This document shows, in pieces, positions 9,226 through 18,393 of a DNA stretch of 64,000 nucleotides. The position numbers were made by a program, and so were the translations under genes. The stretch is taken from positions 124,001 through 188,000 of the forward strand of contig CBDAVP010000014.1 in assembly GCA_965201075.1 (NCBI GenBank), read 5' to 3'. The notes beneath the pieces are model-generated. The model was given only the letters and a program-made list of their open reading frames with translations. It was not told where the DNA came from and did not search any database. The DNA comes from Isosphaeraceae bacterium. Its GTDB lineage: Bacteria; Planctomycetota; Planctomycetia; Isosphaerales; Isosphaeraceae. The number at the start of each line of letters is the position of its first letter. The first letter of the stretch is position 1.

Positions 9226-11238
9226 ATGGACATCGACCTCGGGGGGCGGGTCAACAACACCAAGCTCGCCCACTCTAACTGCCTGCTGCCGCTCTTCGAG
9301 GCGATCGTCAAATCGATCCACGCCGTCGAGGAGCGGGGCAAGATCAAGGGCAGCATCGAGATCACCGTCGAGCGGGGCCCCTCCCAGGGCGTGCTTGAGG
9401 CCGAGCAACTCCCGCTGGCCGCCGGTCCGATCCGTGGATTCATCGTCCAGGACGACGGGATCGGGTTCACCCACGAGAACTTCCGGTCGTTCGGCACCTC
9501 GGACACCACCAAGAAGGTGGCCAAGGGCGGCATGGGCGTCGGCCGTCTGGTCTGGCTCAAGGCGTTCGAGAAGGCCGAGATCGACAGCCTCTACGTCGAA
9601 GACGGCCGGCACCGGAGGCGGCGGTTTACCTTCGCCTGCACGAAGCACGGCATCGAGGACCTCGGCGACCAAGGGGTCGCTGAAGCCCCCGGGCGAACGA
9701 CTGTGCGGCTCGTCGGGTTCCGGCCGGATTATGGGAAGTGCTGCCCCAGGACGGCCTCGACCATCGCAAGGCTGATCGTCGAACACTGCCTGGAATTCTT
9801 CGCCAGGGACGCCGGCCCCCGGAACGTCCTGAACGACCCGGACGGCGAGGCGAGGATTGACCTGAAGCGGTTCTACGTCGAGCAGATGAGGGTCAGATCC
9901 GAGACCCGGAACTTCTCGGTCAACGGCAAGGAGTTTCGGGCGAACCACGTCCTCGTCAACTCGGGGGCCGACGGCCAGCACCGCATCTTCTTCTGCGCCC
10001 ACAGCCGGGCCGACAAGTCGGAGGGCCTTGCCAGCAAGGTCCCGAACCTCGTCTCGCCGCTCAAGGAGCCCGATGGCGGCACGTCGATCGTCTGCTCGGG
10101 ATTCGCTTCGGGCCAGTACCTCGACGAGACCGTCAACGCTGAGCGGACGGCGTTCCATGTCCTCGACCAGATCGAACTGAACCTCCCCGGCGAATTGTTC
10201 TGGGAGGACTTGGTGAAGGGCATGGTCGCCCAGGCCGGCGAGTTCCTCTCGCCGTACACCATGCCGGTCAGGAAGTCGAAGCAGGACCGGATACGGGATT
10301 GCGTCCACACCCAGGCCCCGCAGTACCGCCTGGTGATCAAGCACCGCAGCGAATGGCTCGACGAGATCCCAGCCATTCTGCCCGACGACAAGCTGGACGT
10401 GGAACTCTACAAGATCGACCAGCAGTACGGGGCGGAACTCCGGGAGGAGGCCCTCCAACTCCAGGCCACCAACGGGAAGTTGAGTGCGGTCGAGGACCAC
10501 CGGGCCGTCTTCAAGAAATATATCGAGGAGTGGAACGAGCACGGGATGGCGAAGTTGGCCAAGTACGTCGCCCACCGCAAGGCGACCCTGGCGTTCCTCG
10601 CCGACAGGCTCGGGCTGAAGGATGACGGCCGATACCCGCTGGAGGAGAGCGTCCACCAGATCATCTTCCCACTCCGGCAGACCTCGGACGACATCCACTC
10701 GGACCGGATGAACCTCTGGATGATCGATGAAAAGCTGGCCTACCACCACTACCTGGCCTCGGACAAGCTGTTCAAGCAGTTGGAGCCGATCGAAATCGAG
10801 AGCAAGAACCGCCCCGACCTGCTGATCTTCAACCGCCCGTTCGCCTTCGCCGACTCCGATCCCCCGTTCGGGTCGATCGTCCTGGTCGAGTTCAAGCGGC
10901 CCGCCAGGGACGACTACACCGACGAGGAGAACCCGATCGCCCAGGTCTACGGCTACGTGCGGGAGATCAAGGCCGGGACCGCCAAGGACCGCCACGGCCG
11001 CCCGATCCGGGTGCCGCCCTCGACCCCGTTCTACGCCTACCTCGTCTGCGACCTGGCTCCGAAGCTGATGACGCAGGCCGAGAATGCCCAGTTGACGCCG
11101 ACGCCGGACTCGCTCGGCTTCTTCGGCTACAACTCGAACCTGGGCGTCTACGTCGAGATCCTCTCCTTCAACAAGCTGGTCAACGACGCCAGAAAGAGAA
11201 ACGCCGTGCTGTTCGAGAAGCTCGGCTTGAGGTCGTGA
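9226..11238 (+). CDS. GHKL (HATPase/MORC-like) ATPase with C-terminal PD-(D/E)xK nuclease-like domain
   Basis: FEAIVKSIHA, DDGIGF, GGMGVGR (N/G1/G2 boxes); C-terminal RPDLLIF...IVLVEFKRP...NPIAQVYGY. Confidence 0.8.
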   Translation: MDIDLGGRVNNTKLAHSNCLLPLFEAIVKSIHAVEERGKIKGSIEITVERGPSQGVLEAEQLPLAAGPIRGFIVQDDGIGFTHENFRSFGTSDTTKKVAKGGMGVGRLVWLKAFEKAEIDSLYVEDGRHRRRRFTFACTKHGIEDLGDQGVAEAPGRTTVRLVGFRPDYGKCCPRTASTIARLIVEHCLEFFARDAGPRNVLNDPDGEARIDLKRFYVEQMRVRSETRNFSVNGKEFRANHVLVNSGADGQHRIFFCAHSRADKSEGLASKVPNLVSPLKEPDGGTSIVCSGFASGQYLDETVNAERTAFHVLDQIELNLPGELFWEDLVKGMVAQAGEFLSPYTMPVRKSKQDRIRDCVHTQAPQYRLVIKHRSEWLDEIPAILPDDKLDVELYKIDQQYGAELREEALQLQATNGKLSAVEDHRAVFKKYIEEWNEHGMAKLAKYVAHRKATLAFLADRLGLKDDGRYPLEESVHQIIFPLRQTSDDIHSDRMNLWMIDEKLAYHHYLASDKLFKQLEPIEIESKNRPDLLIFNRPFAFADSDPPFGSIVLVEFKRPARDDYTDEENPIAQVYGYVREIKAGTAKDRHGRPIRVPPSTPFYAYLVCDLAPKLMTQAENAQLTPTPDSLGFFGYNSNLGVYVEILSFNKLVNDARKRNAVLFEKLGLRS

Positions 11239-11356
11239 CTAACAAATCCTGACAAAACCTCTGGGCAATTCATGAAAACTGAATTATCACCTGGGATTTG
11301 TCAGAGCCTTTTAGCACCAATCGCCAATCATTTTCAGTTCTATCAGGAGAAGGGCG

Positions 11357-11968
11357 ATGTCAGAGGAACTCGACTTTGCGGAACTCGAACGGGAGTACCT
11401 TCGACTCGTTGTCCAGGACGAGGAGAGCAGGCTCCTCGTTCTCATCGATGTCATCCCTACATGGCAAGCAGTCGCCTTGGATGCCCTGACGAAACGTGCT
11501 TCCGTTCTTCGAGCTTCGAAGCTTGACCCTGACCTCAGGCAGACTTCCGAAGACGACCTCGGCAATGACCACGATCTGGTCCTTCAGACTGTACGGGCAC
11601 TCTATGCAAGTCTAGCGGTTTCGATCGCCTCGGCGGCGGAGAACTACGTCGGATCGATCTGCCGGAGGAAGAATCTCCTCGTCGATGCTGCTGGACACCC
11701 GCTGGCCCGCCCGGATTGGGGCGTCAAGAGGCAAAAGCTCCAGGATGCACTGGCATTCAACTTCGATGACCTCGAAGGCTTCGTTCTGAACAAGAAAGCC
11801 AGGCTGCTTGGCAATTGCTTCAAACACTCTGATGGAAGGCGGAACGAACAATTGGCGTCTCAGTTCGGCGGCACCGAGGGAGAAGTCATCGAATACGAGA
11901 ATGAGAATTGGCGGGACCTGATCGAAGGCACAGGAAGCTTTCTTCATGGAATCGTTAGTAAGCTCTAA
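11357..11968 (+). CDS. Hypothetical protein, possible HEPN-like RNase
   Basis: Helical protein with RLLGNCFKH (RxxxNxxKH) motif; visibly lower GC. Confidence 0.6.
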   Translation: MSEELDFAELEREYLRLVVQDEESRLLVLIDVIPTWQAVALDALTKRASVLRASKLDPDLRQTSEDDLGNDHDLVLQTVRALYASLAVSIASAAENYVGSICRRKNLLVDAAGHPLARPDWGVKRQKLQDALAFNFDDLEGFVLNKKARLLGNCFKHSDGRRNEQLASQFGGTEGEVIEYENENWRDLIEGTGSFLHGIVSKL

Positions 11969-12031
11969 AGTATCGACCTGTGCCACGCAATCAGCCCAGC
12001 GGGGTGCTTATAGCGAGGAGACGACAGTGCC

Positions 12032-12895
12032 ATGCCTGAGCATGCAGACCAAGGATTGATTGACTACTACTCGGCTCAGGCCGACTCGATGCTCGTCCAG
12101 TACAGGAACATCAATCACCTCCTCGGCCCGACCGACGATTGGACTGCTCCCGGCACACACTGCGAGATCCTGCTGAGGGACATGATTCGTCGCTCCATAC
12201 CTTCGAACCTCTCCGTTGACAAGGGCTTCATCTACGGCCGAGATTTGGGAGCCGATCACCCCACTCATTCTCCCGAGATCGACGTTCTGATACACGACAC
12301 CTCTAACTACCGGCCGATTTTCCGCCTGGAGGATTTCGTAATCGTCGAGCCCTCCGCTGTGAAAGCCGTAATCCAGGTCAAGAGGGCGCTCGACGCCGGC
12401 ACTCTGGCCAAAGGCTTGAAGAACGTTCTCGACGCTTCCAAGCACTACAAGAAGTACAGGGTCTCGGGCGTCAACACTTCGACCTATTTCTCGGCACTGG
12501 TCGGCTTCGAAGACAAGCTCGGACTTCGGAACGACGGCAAGCCAAGCGAGAGCTTCAGGAACACCATCTGCACACGTTCCCTGTCCCAGCATGAGGCCGC
12601 TTGGTATCCCGATTTCATCGGGAGCATCGACGGTCTATTTCTCACCCACACGGGTGACAGCATTCGAGATATGGGCTATCAGGTTGTCGAATCGAAGCAC
12701 GGTGGCAAGAACATCGCCCTGCAAGCCTTCCTTGCCACGCTTTCGACGAAGATTCTCCACATCGGGTTCCGGCCTACATTCTCTTTCCCAGATGGCGTCA
12801 AGGTCGTCGAGTATCTGAAGCTGTGGGAGCACACCGACGCCCAGACAAGTTCCACGAGTGGTCCAACAAATGCTCAAATTTCGACTCCCACATGA
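12032..12895 (+). CDS. DUF6602-like PD-(D/E)xK domain protein
   Basis: GTHCEILLRDMIRRSIP...KGFI...SPEIDVLIHD...AVIQVK pattern. Confidence 0.75.
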   Translation: MPEHADQGLIDYYSAQADSMLVQYRNINHLLGPTDDWTAPGTHCEILLRDMIRRSIPSNLSVDKGFIYGRDLGADHPTHSPEIDVLIHDTSNYRPIFRLEDFVIVEPSAVKAVIQVKRALDAGTLAKGLKNVLDASKHYKKYRVSGVNTSTYFSALVGFEDKLGLRNDGKPSESFRNTICTRSLSQHEAAWYPDFIGSIDGLFLTHTGDSIRDMGYQVVESKHGGKNIALQAFLATLSTKILHIGFRPTFSFPDGVKVVEYLKLWEHTDAQTSSTSGPTNAQISTPT

Positions 12896-12990
12896 AGTTG
12901 GCCCGCTAACCGGGGAGTGACTCGATAGAACCCCAGATTCTTCGGGGACGGTCCGGCCTCAAGCCTGAATGCCCTGGATTCTTCTGCCGA

Positions 12991-13446
12991 TCACCTCCCC
13001 ACCTCCCACCGCACCTTCGGCCCGGTCGGATGCCTGACCTGCCTGGGTCGGCTTGGGACCGACCACGACCCACCCCCCGCTTCGCCGACGCACGTCCACC
13101 CCGCCGCCTTCAGGCTGGTCCCCGGCTCGGTGGCCAGGATGTAGGTGATCAAGCAGTCGTAGCCCAACTCCCTAGCGACCCGCCAGGCGGCCCCGTACAA
13201 CGCCGAGCAGGCGTTGGGCGTGCCGTCGGTGGCCAGGCGGTTGACTTCGAGCTTGAGCCCGTCGTCCAGGCGGCGGGCGACGGGTCGGACGACGATCGCC
13301 ACGCCCCGAATCGTGCCGTCCTCGGTGGCCACGGCGACGGCGTACTTGTAGCCGACGACCTGGCCGTGGTGACGGTGGCGCTCCTTGACGAAGACGTTGG
13401 CTTCCTTAAAGTGGATCGGGACGACCTTCAAGCGTGGCTGCCTCAC
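12991..13446 (-). CDS. XF1762-family protein (Mom-like/GNAT-like)
   Basis: EANVFVKERHRHH, RPVARRLDDG, EVNRLATDGTPNACSALY, ITYILATEPGTSLKAAGW. Confidence 0.8.
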   Translation of the reverse strand: MRQPRLKVVPIHFKEANVFVKERHRHHGQVVGYKYAVAVATEDGTIRGVAIVVRPVARRLDDGLKLEVNRLATDGTPNACSALYGAAWRVARELGYDCLITYILATEPGTSLKAAGWTCVGEAGGGSWSVPSRPRQVRHPTGPKVRWEVGR

Positions 13447-13581
13447 GCCTCAGGAAGACGTCCAGGAAACCGTGTTTCAACTGGGTGGTTTGCGATGAGC
13501 CAGATCGTCCAGGACGTTTCTTTAGTCTGGGTGAGTCGTCGATGGGCTGGTGGTGCACGCCCGGAGGTGATTCCGGCCAAC

Positions 13582-14090
13582 CAGGGGGCGTACACCTGGC
13601 GGGGAAGTTGATCTATCCTCGTGCTCCAAACTCATTTCGCCTGGTGGAAATGCCAACGACCAGGGAGTGTTCACCTGCCGGCAAGGCTTCCATCCCATCG
13701 AACTACCTGGGGCGTTTGCCTGGCGGGGATGACTTGCTGTACGGGGAACGTTCACCTGTTAGGAGGGTTGAGCATTCCTTGTGCTACAAGGTGATCTCGC
13801 CACGAGGGACAGTACGAACTCCGTGGAGCGGTCGCCTGTTCGGAAAGGCTGATTACCCGGCGAATTCCCTGGAGGGTTCACCTGCCGGGATAGGCTGGCT
13901 GTACGGTGAACTCTTGCCTGGCGGGAACGCCGAACGTTCGAACGAGTTCGGGGCGGGCTCACCTGGACGGAAGCCCTGCCAAACAGGAACGTTAACCTGG
14001 CAGAGAACGTTCACGCTCGGCGAGCTAGCCGGTGTTGATCACCTGGCTCGTAGGTCTCCCTGTCCGGGGAACGCACACCTGGCGTGGTAG
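13582..14090. repeat. Phased array of 13 degenerate palindromes (consensus ~CAGG-N-GAACGTTCACCTG)
   Basis: CCTG cores at 13595, 13640, 13674, 13719, 13755, 13800 (degenerate), 13835, 13881, 13917, 13962, 13996, 14042, 14078; spacing alternates 45-46 and 34-36 bp. Confidence 0.75.
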
Positions 14091-14253
14091 GAAAGCTCGG
14101 GCTATTGGTTTCCTCTGCAATGGGTCGTGTGGGGTGGTGGGCGAGGCGAAGGCCGAGGGGGCGAAGCCCCCGACGCCGGTCGCCCGCCCGCATCCCCTAA
14201 CCCTTCCTACGGGTTTCTACTTCTTTCTTCTCTTCCTACTCTGTGAGTCAAAA

Positions 14254-14325
14254 GCCGCAGGTTGGTGAGTCATTTGCCGCAGGTTGGTGAGTCATTTGCC
14301 GCAGAGGGTTGGGTCATTTGCCGCA
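14254..14325. repeat. 22-bp tandem iteron-like repeats (probable origin)
   Basis: GCCGCAGGTTGGTGAGTCATTT at 14254 and 14276, a variant at 14298 and a partial at 14320; next to a pyrimidine-rich tract (~14213-14242) and the 3' end of the Rep-like gene. Confidence 0.8.
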
Positions 14326-14338
14326 AGCGTTTTCCCGA

Positions 14339-15271
14339 TTACCGGGTCACGTACTGGGACTTCTTGTTGTAGAGCGACAACGCCCGCTCCCTGATGAAGT
14401 CCAAGGAAGGGTACGGGACGCCCTTCTTCTCCTTGAAGCTCTGGTGATCCTGCCAGCACTTGTCGATGATGAGGTGGCTCCAGTCGTAGGGGAACAACTT
14501 GTCGTTGGTCTCCTTCGCCCACCCCGCCAACCTGCCCAGGTAGCTTGCCGGGATCTTGCCGGCCTCGACGGCTTGGACGAAGAACTCTGGGTAGACAACT
14601 CCCTCGGCTTGGCGCACCTTCGCCGCCTTCCTCGCCTGGTGGAAGAGTGTGGGGCTCGGCAGGAACTTCCCGTAGTCGATGGTGATGCCCTGAGGCCCGT
14701 AATCGACGGCGAGCCCGTGCCCCGAGAGCCTCACCAGCGAGGCCGAGACCGTCTTCCTCTCGCACCCCAGGCAGGTGGCCAGGTAGCTCACCGTGGTCGT
14801 CTCTGACTTCCGCCCGACGAGCAAGGCCATCAGCACGGCGTCGAGCGGCTGGAGGGCGTGGGACGTGTCCTCGGCGTCGGGGAGGTAGTACCGGGAATAG
14901 ACGAGCTTGCCGGTCCAGGATCGATCCAGGGGCATCCTCGTCTTCAGGACGAAGAAGGCCCCAGGTTCGGCCGGTTCGATCACCCTGAGGTCCTCGTCCA
15001 CGAGACGGAGGCCCTGGAGCTTCCCGACGACCTTGGTCACCGTCTCCCGGTAGATGCCGGTCATCTCGGACAGCTTGGCGAACGTCGCCTTCGACTTCGC
15101 CAGGCGTGCATGGTATGCGAGGGCCGAGAAAACCAGGCAGTCACGCCAGTCGAGCGGCGAATCCTTCGAAGGGAAGTAGACGGGGAAGTAAGAACGGCCT
15201 TCGAGTCGCTTCCAGAACTTTTCGGCGTACTCGGAGTGAGAGATTTTCTGCGTGGCGTGATCTATGTTCAT
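14339..15271 (-). CDS. Putative replication initiator with two HTH motifs
   Basis: TFAKLSEMTGIYRETVTKVVGKLQGLRLV and TVSYLATCLGCERKTVSASLVRLSGHGL; adjacent to iterons. Confidence 0.6.
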   Translation of the reverse strand: MNIDHATQKISHSEYAEKFWKRLEGRSYFPVYFPSKDSPLDWRDCLVFSALAYHARLAKSKATFAKLSEMTGIYRETVTKVVGKLQGLRLVDEDLRVIEPAEPGAFFVLKTRMPLDRSWTGKLVYSRYYLPDAEDTSHALQPLDAVLMALLVGRKSETTTVSYLATCLGCERKTVSASLVRLSGHGLAVDYGPQGITIDYGKFLPSPTLFHQARKAAKVRQAEGVVYPEFFVQAVEAGKIPASYLGRLAGWAKETNDKLFPYDWSHLIIDKCWQDHQSFKEKKGVPYPSLDFIRERALSLYNKKSQYVTR

Positions 15272-15295
15272 GGTAGGTGATTGATGTTCGAGAAA

Positions 15296-15329
15296 GAGGC
15301 CGTAGCGGGGTGGTGCCCGCTACGGCCTC
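15296..15329. terminator. Strong GC hairpin between genes (terminator or processing site)
   Basis: GAGGCCGTAGCGGG-gtggtg-CCCGCTACGGCCTC, 14-bp perfect stem. Confidence 0.55.
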
Positions 15330-15335
15330 GCCCTA

Positions 15336-15755
15336 TTAATGGTCGAGCCGACGCCGTACAACCCTCGCCAATCCGGGCGGGACGCCAGCGTAAGCCTCCT
15401 CCTCAAGGAGGTCGGCTATAACGTCGTTACCTTCAGCACGGTGCGCATCGGCATCCTTCAACATCTCTCCGACCTGCTTGATGAGCTTCTCGATCGGAGG
15501 GCCGCCGTGGTGGACCAGGGCCACCTCGACGACCTCGCCCACGGCGTCCATGTCCCACATCCAGTAGGGCCGTAGGTCCGAAGTGTAGCACCGCTTGGCG
15601 TGGCCCGTGAGCACGGCCTTGGACGTCGCCTCGGGGCCTTGCTTGAGACCCGCCGTGGTGAGGATTCGTCCCACGACGACGGCGGATAGCCCGAAACGCT
15701 TGCCGATCCAGGTCTGCGTGCCCCATTTCTTGGTTGTTGTTTGGATTGCTGTCAC
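15336..15755 (-). CDS. Hypothetical DNA-binding protein
   Basis: TQTWIGKRFGLSAVVVGRIL HTH-like segment; GTGA overlap with upstream ORF. Confidence 0.6.
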   Translation of the reverse strand: MTAIQTTTKKWGTQTWIGKRFGLSAVVVGRILTTAGLKQGPEATSKAVLTGHAKRCYTSDLRPYWMWDMDAVGEVVEVALVHHGGPPIEKLIKQVGEMLKDADAHRAEGNDVIADLLEEEAYAGVPPGLARVVRRRLDH

Positions 15756-15976
15756 TGGTCGATCAAGCCTTTCTTGGTTCTGGGATTCATGGGAACTCGG
15801 AGTCGGTATTCGGTGACGAGTCTGAGAATCTCGTCCTTCTGAATCTCGGAGAAGAGCAGTCGTATGCCGACCCTGACGCTGGCCCGAATCGAGGAACGCT
15901 CCACAACCCGACTGATGGTCGTGTCGGTCTCATTGCAGATTCGGGCGATGTCGTGCTGTGAGTAGATGTTGTTCAT
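15752..15976 (-). CDS. Small HTH/excisionase-like protein
   Basis: YSQHDIARICNETDTTISRVVE...RLLFSE; GGAGG SD. Confidence 0.6.
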   Translation of the reverse strand: MNNIYSQHDIARICNETDTTISRVVERSSIRASVRVGIRLLFSEIQKDEILRLVTEYRLRVPMNPRTKKGLIDQ

Positions 15977-16085
15977 GTGGCCTCCTCTCTATAAAGAGCG
16001 AGACGTTGGGATTTTTTTCAGGGCGGGCCAAAATAATCCGGCGAAGTCAGCGTGACTTCGCCGGAGAGATGGAACGCATCCAAAG

Positions 16086-16355
16086 TCATTCACCTAGCAA
16101 ACCGCCCGCATGGATTTCGGTCTGCAACCCCCGTCCGCACTCGTAGCGGCCCCAGGATCGCAGGCGACCCTCCAACATCCTCGCCCCCCGAATGGCCGCC
16201 GAGAGCGTCAGGTAGGTGCCGATGTACTCGTCGTTCACGCCGCTACGCCGGTAGACCATAAAGTAGCCAGGCCGGGGCGAGCTTGGCCCCCACTCGATCA
16301 TCCAGGAGCCGCACTCGGCAGCGTTGCCAAACAACCATGTGAGGCAGCATCTCAT
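16086..16355 (-). CDS. Hypothetical protein
   Basis: ATGA-coupled to the stop of the IS630-interrupted gene. Confidence 0.4.
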   Translation of the reverse strand: MRCCLTWLFGNAAECGSWMIEWGPSSPRPGYFMVYRRSGVNDEYIGTYLTLSAAIRGARMLEGRLRSWGRYECGRGLQTEIHAGGLLGE

Positions 16356-16486
16356 GCACGAGGCCCCACGGCTCGTTCGGCGGCCGTCTGCTTCTCGGCC
16401 TCCCATAGCCGCTGTTCATGCTCGGCCATATCATCGAGGAGGCGATCTTCAATTTCCTCATGCCGAGCGGCGCATTGCCGTGCCTA

Positions 16487-17595
16487 TTGACCCTCAGACA
16501 GCTAACTTCCGGTCAAGGGAGGGGAGTTTCGACCCCTTCCACAGCGACCGGATCAATCCCGGATCCGAGCGGACCTCGGCCAGGTTCGCCAGCACCACTC
16601 GCTCCAGATCCTTCACGTCCTTGGGCACGAAGTTGGCCATGAGCCCGTACTTCAGGTGTGACCACAGCATCTCCACCGGGTTGAGGTCCGGGGCGTAGGC
16701 GGGCAGCCGCTCCAAGCTCAGGCGGGGGTACTGCTCCAGCAACGCCCGGATCGCCGGCCCCTTGTGATTGCTCCCCCCGTCCCAGATCACGATCACCTTG
16801 CCTCGCAGGTGTCGCAGCAAGTCCCGCAGGAACGACACCACCGCCGGGGCGTCGATGTAGTTGCGGGCGTCGGTCTTCCAGTACAGCCCGACCCGACGCC
16901 GGCCCGGCGTCACGCTGATGGCGGCGATCGTCGAGACCTTGTCCCGGTGCCGTCCGAAGCCCGTCAATACCGGCGTGCGGCCCCTGGGGGCCCAGGTGCG
17001 GCGGACCACCGGGTTGAGGAAAAAGCCGCTCTCGTCGATCAGGACGACATGCCCCCCATCTTCCGAGGTTTTTTTTGGATCCGGGGCCAATCCTCCGCGA
17101 CCCAGCGACGGATCGCCGGCTCGTCCCGCTCCACCGCCCGGACCTCGGGCTTCTGGGGGGAATAGTTGCGTCGGGAAAGCCACTGCGACAGGTAGTTGGC
17201 GTTGAAGCGGACGCCGAACTTCTTGTCGATCACCTCGGCCAGGCGTCGGGTGGTCCACAGGTCGGTCTTGTAGCCGAAGGCCAGGGGGCTCTTGGCCAGC
17301 CAGGACAGGACGGCCTTCTCCCGGCGGGGGCTGAGCTTGGGGGCCGAGCCGGGATGGGGGTTGGCCCTCAGTCCCTGGTCACCCGCCTTGCGGTGGGCGG
17401 CGACCCATCCGCAGACGGCCCGGACGGAAACGCCGAGGAAGGCGGCGACATCCTTTTGGGTCCAGCCCTGGGCGACCCGCTGCACGGCAAGGCGTCGCCT
17501 GGCTTCGAGTTCAGTCGATGTTCCGGTGGGTCTCATCCCCCGAATGTAAGCAGGATGGGAGCTTCGAGACAAGAAGTTGGCAGGCTGAGGGTCAA
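16487..17595 (-). mobile_element. IS630-family insertion sequence
   Basis: Imperfect 23-bp IRs TTGACCCTCAG(a/c)C(a/t)GC(t/c)AACTTC; TA duplication at 16485-16486 and 17596-17597. Confidence 0.93.
16494..17536 (-). CDS. IS630 transposase, two ORFs joined by a probable -1 frameshift at an A8 run (17069-17076)
   Basis: orfA HTH (RRRLAVQRV...WTTRRLA) and orfB DDE (DESGF, WDGGSNH, LPAYAPDLNPVE). Confidence 0.9.
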
Positions 17596-18196
17596 TAACG
17601 GCGAGTCGCATAGGGGCCGCTGTAGTAGTCGTAGTAATCGTCCCAGATCCAACCAGTGTAAGCACTGATCGCCTTACAAACGACCCAGCCTTGTGGGTGC
17701 GGCAATGCGTGGAAAGTTTTCCTGAATGGAAGTTCTCGTAGACTGTGCGACTCGGTGAGGTGCTGTCGTATTTGCGGGTCATTCTTCATGCGTTGTCTCT
17801 CTTTCTCAAACTCGTGTTATTGGTCCGTTCCCTATCGCCCCTCGGGACATGCCCCGGCCCAAGTCCGTGGCAGACGACGGTGGCCCGTCGGCGACGCACA
17901 CCGACGCAGATGATGGCCCTCGCCGTTGGATCAACGTCTGCGGCATTAGATCGCACACATGGGCAGCATCGCCCCGTGAGGACCTGTCAGTGTCCACATT
18001 GACCGTCGTCCCGTTGTTTGGAACGTAGATCAGATTTTCGAGCGGGGTGTTCGCCTGCCGAGAATCCGGCCTGGTCATCTCGGCAGCCCGTATCCGGCAG
18101 CGGATCAGGACGAAGTGATCGACATCACTGTGCCTATCGCCTCTCAGGGTGACGACGGTCACCTCGCTCGCTGGACCTCATGGGTCATCGGGTTGC

Positions 18197-18393
18197 TCAG
18201 GACCGGCCGTGGCACCTCGCTGGGCACCGCCAGTACCTCTTCGGTAGCCGCCCATCCTGACGCAGCATCGGTTCCACTCTCGCTCACAGGTTGAGCAGCC
18301 CAGGCGGATCTCGTGCTCATCGATCAGCACAACATTGACCTTGGCAAGTTCAGAGGGCGTGCAGCGTCCGAGGCGGGTCGTCTTCGACGGCAT
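18197..18393 (-). pseudogene. Frameshifted small zinc-ribbon gene
   Basis: MPSKT...LGCSTCEREW continues as PMLRQDGRLPKRYWRCPARCHGRS* after a 1-nt deletion near 18272, restoring a CxxC...CxxxC pattern. Confidence 0.5.

Larger units (their letters stand above)
16352..17789 (-). pseudogene. Small gene split by IS630
   Basis: 5' part 17789-17596 (MKNDPQ...GPYATRR) and 3' part 16484-16352 (ARQCAARHEEIEDRLL...GPRA*) are in frame once the IS is removed, with TAG at the junction. Confidence 0.55.

Noticed and set aside
9133..10995. 620-aa minus-strand ORF
   Set aside because: Antisense shadow of the GHKL ATPase gene.
13582..14090. CRISPR array
   Set aside because: Repeats are short and degenerate with alternating spacing; no cas genes in the window.
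13434..14090. 218-aa plus-strand ORF over the palindrome array
   Set aside because: Repeat spacings are mostly not multiples of 3 and the protein shows no repeat or domain; better read as non-coding.
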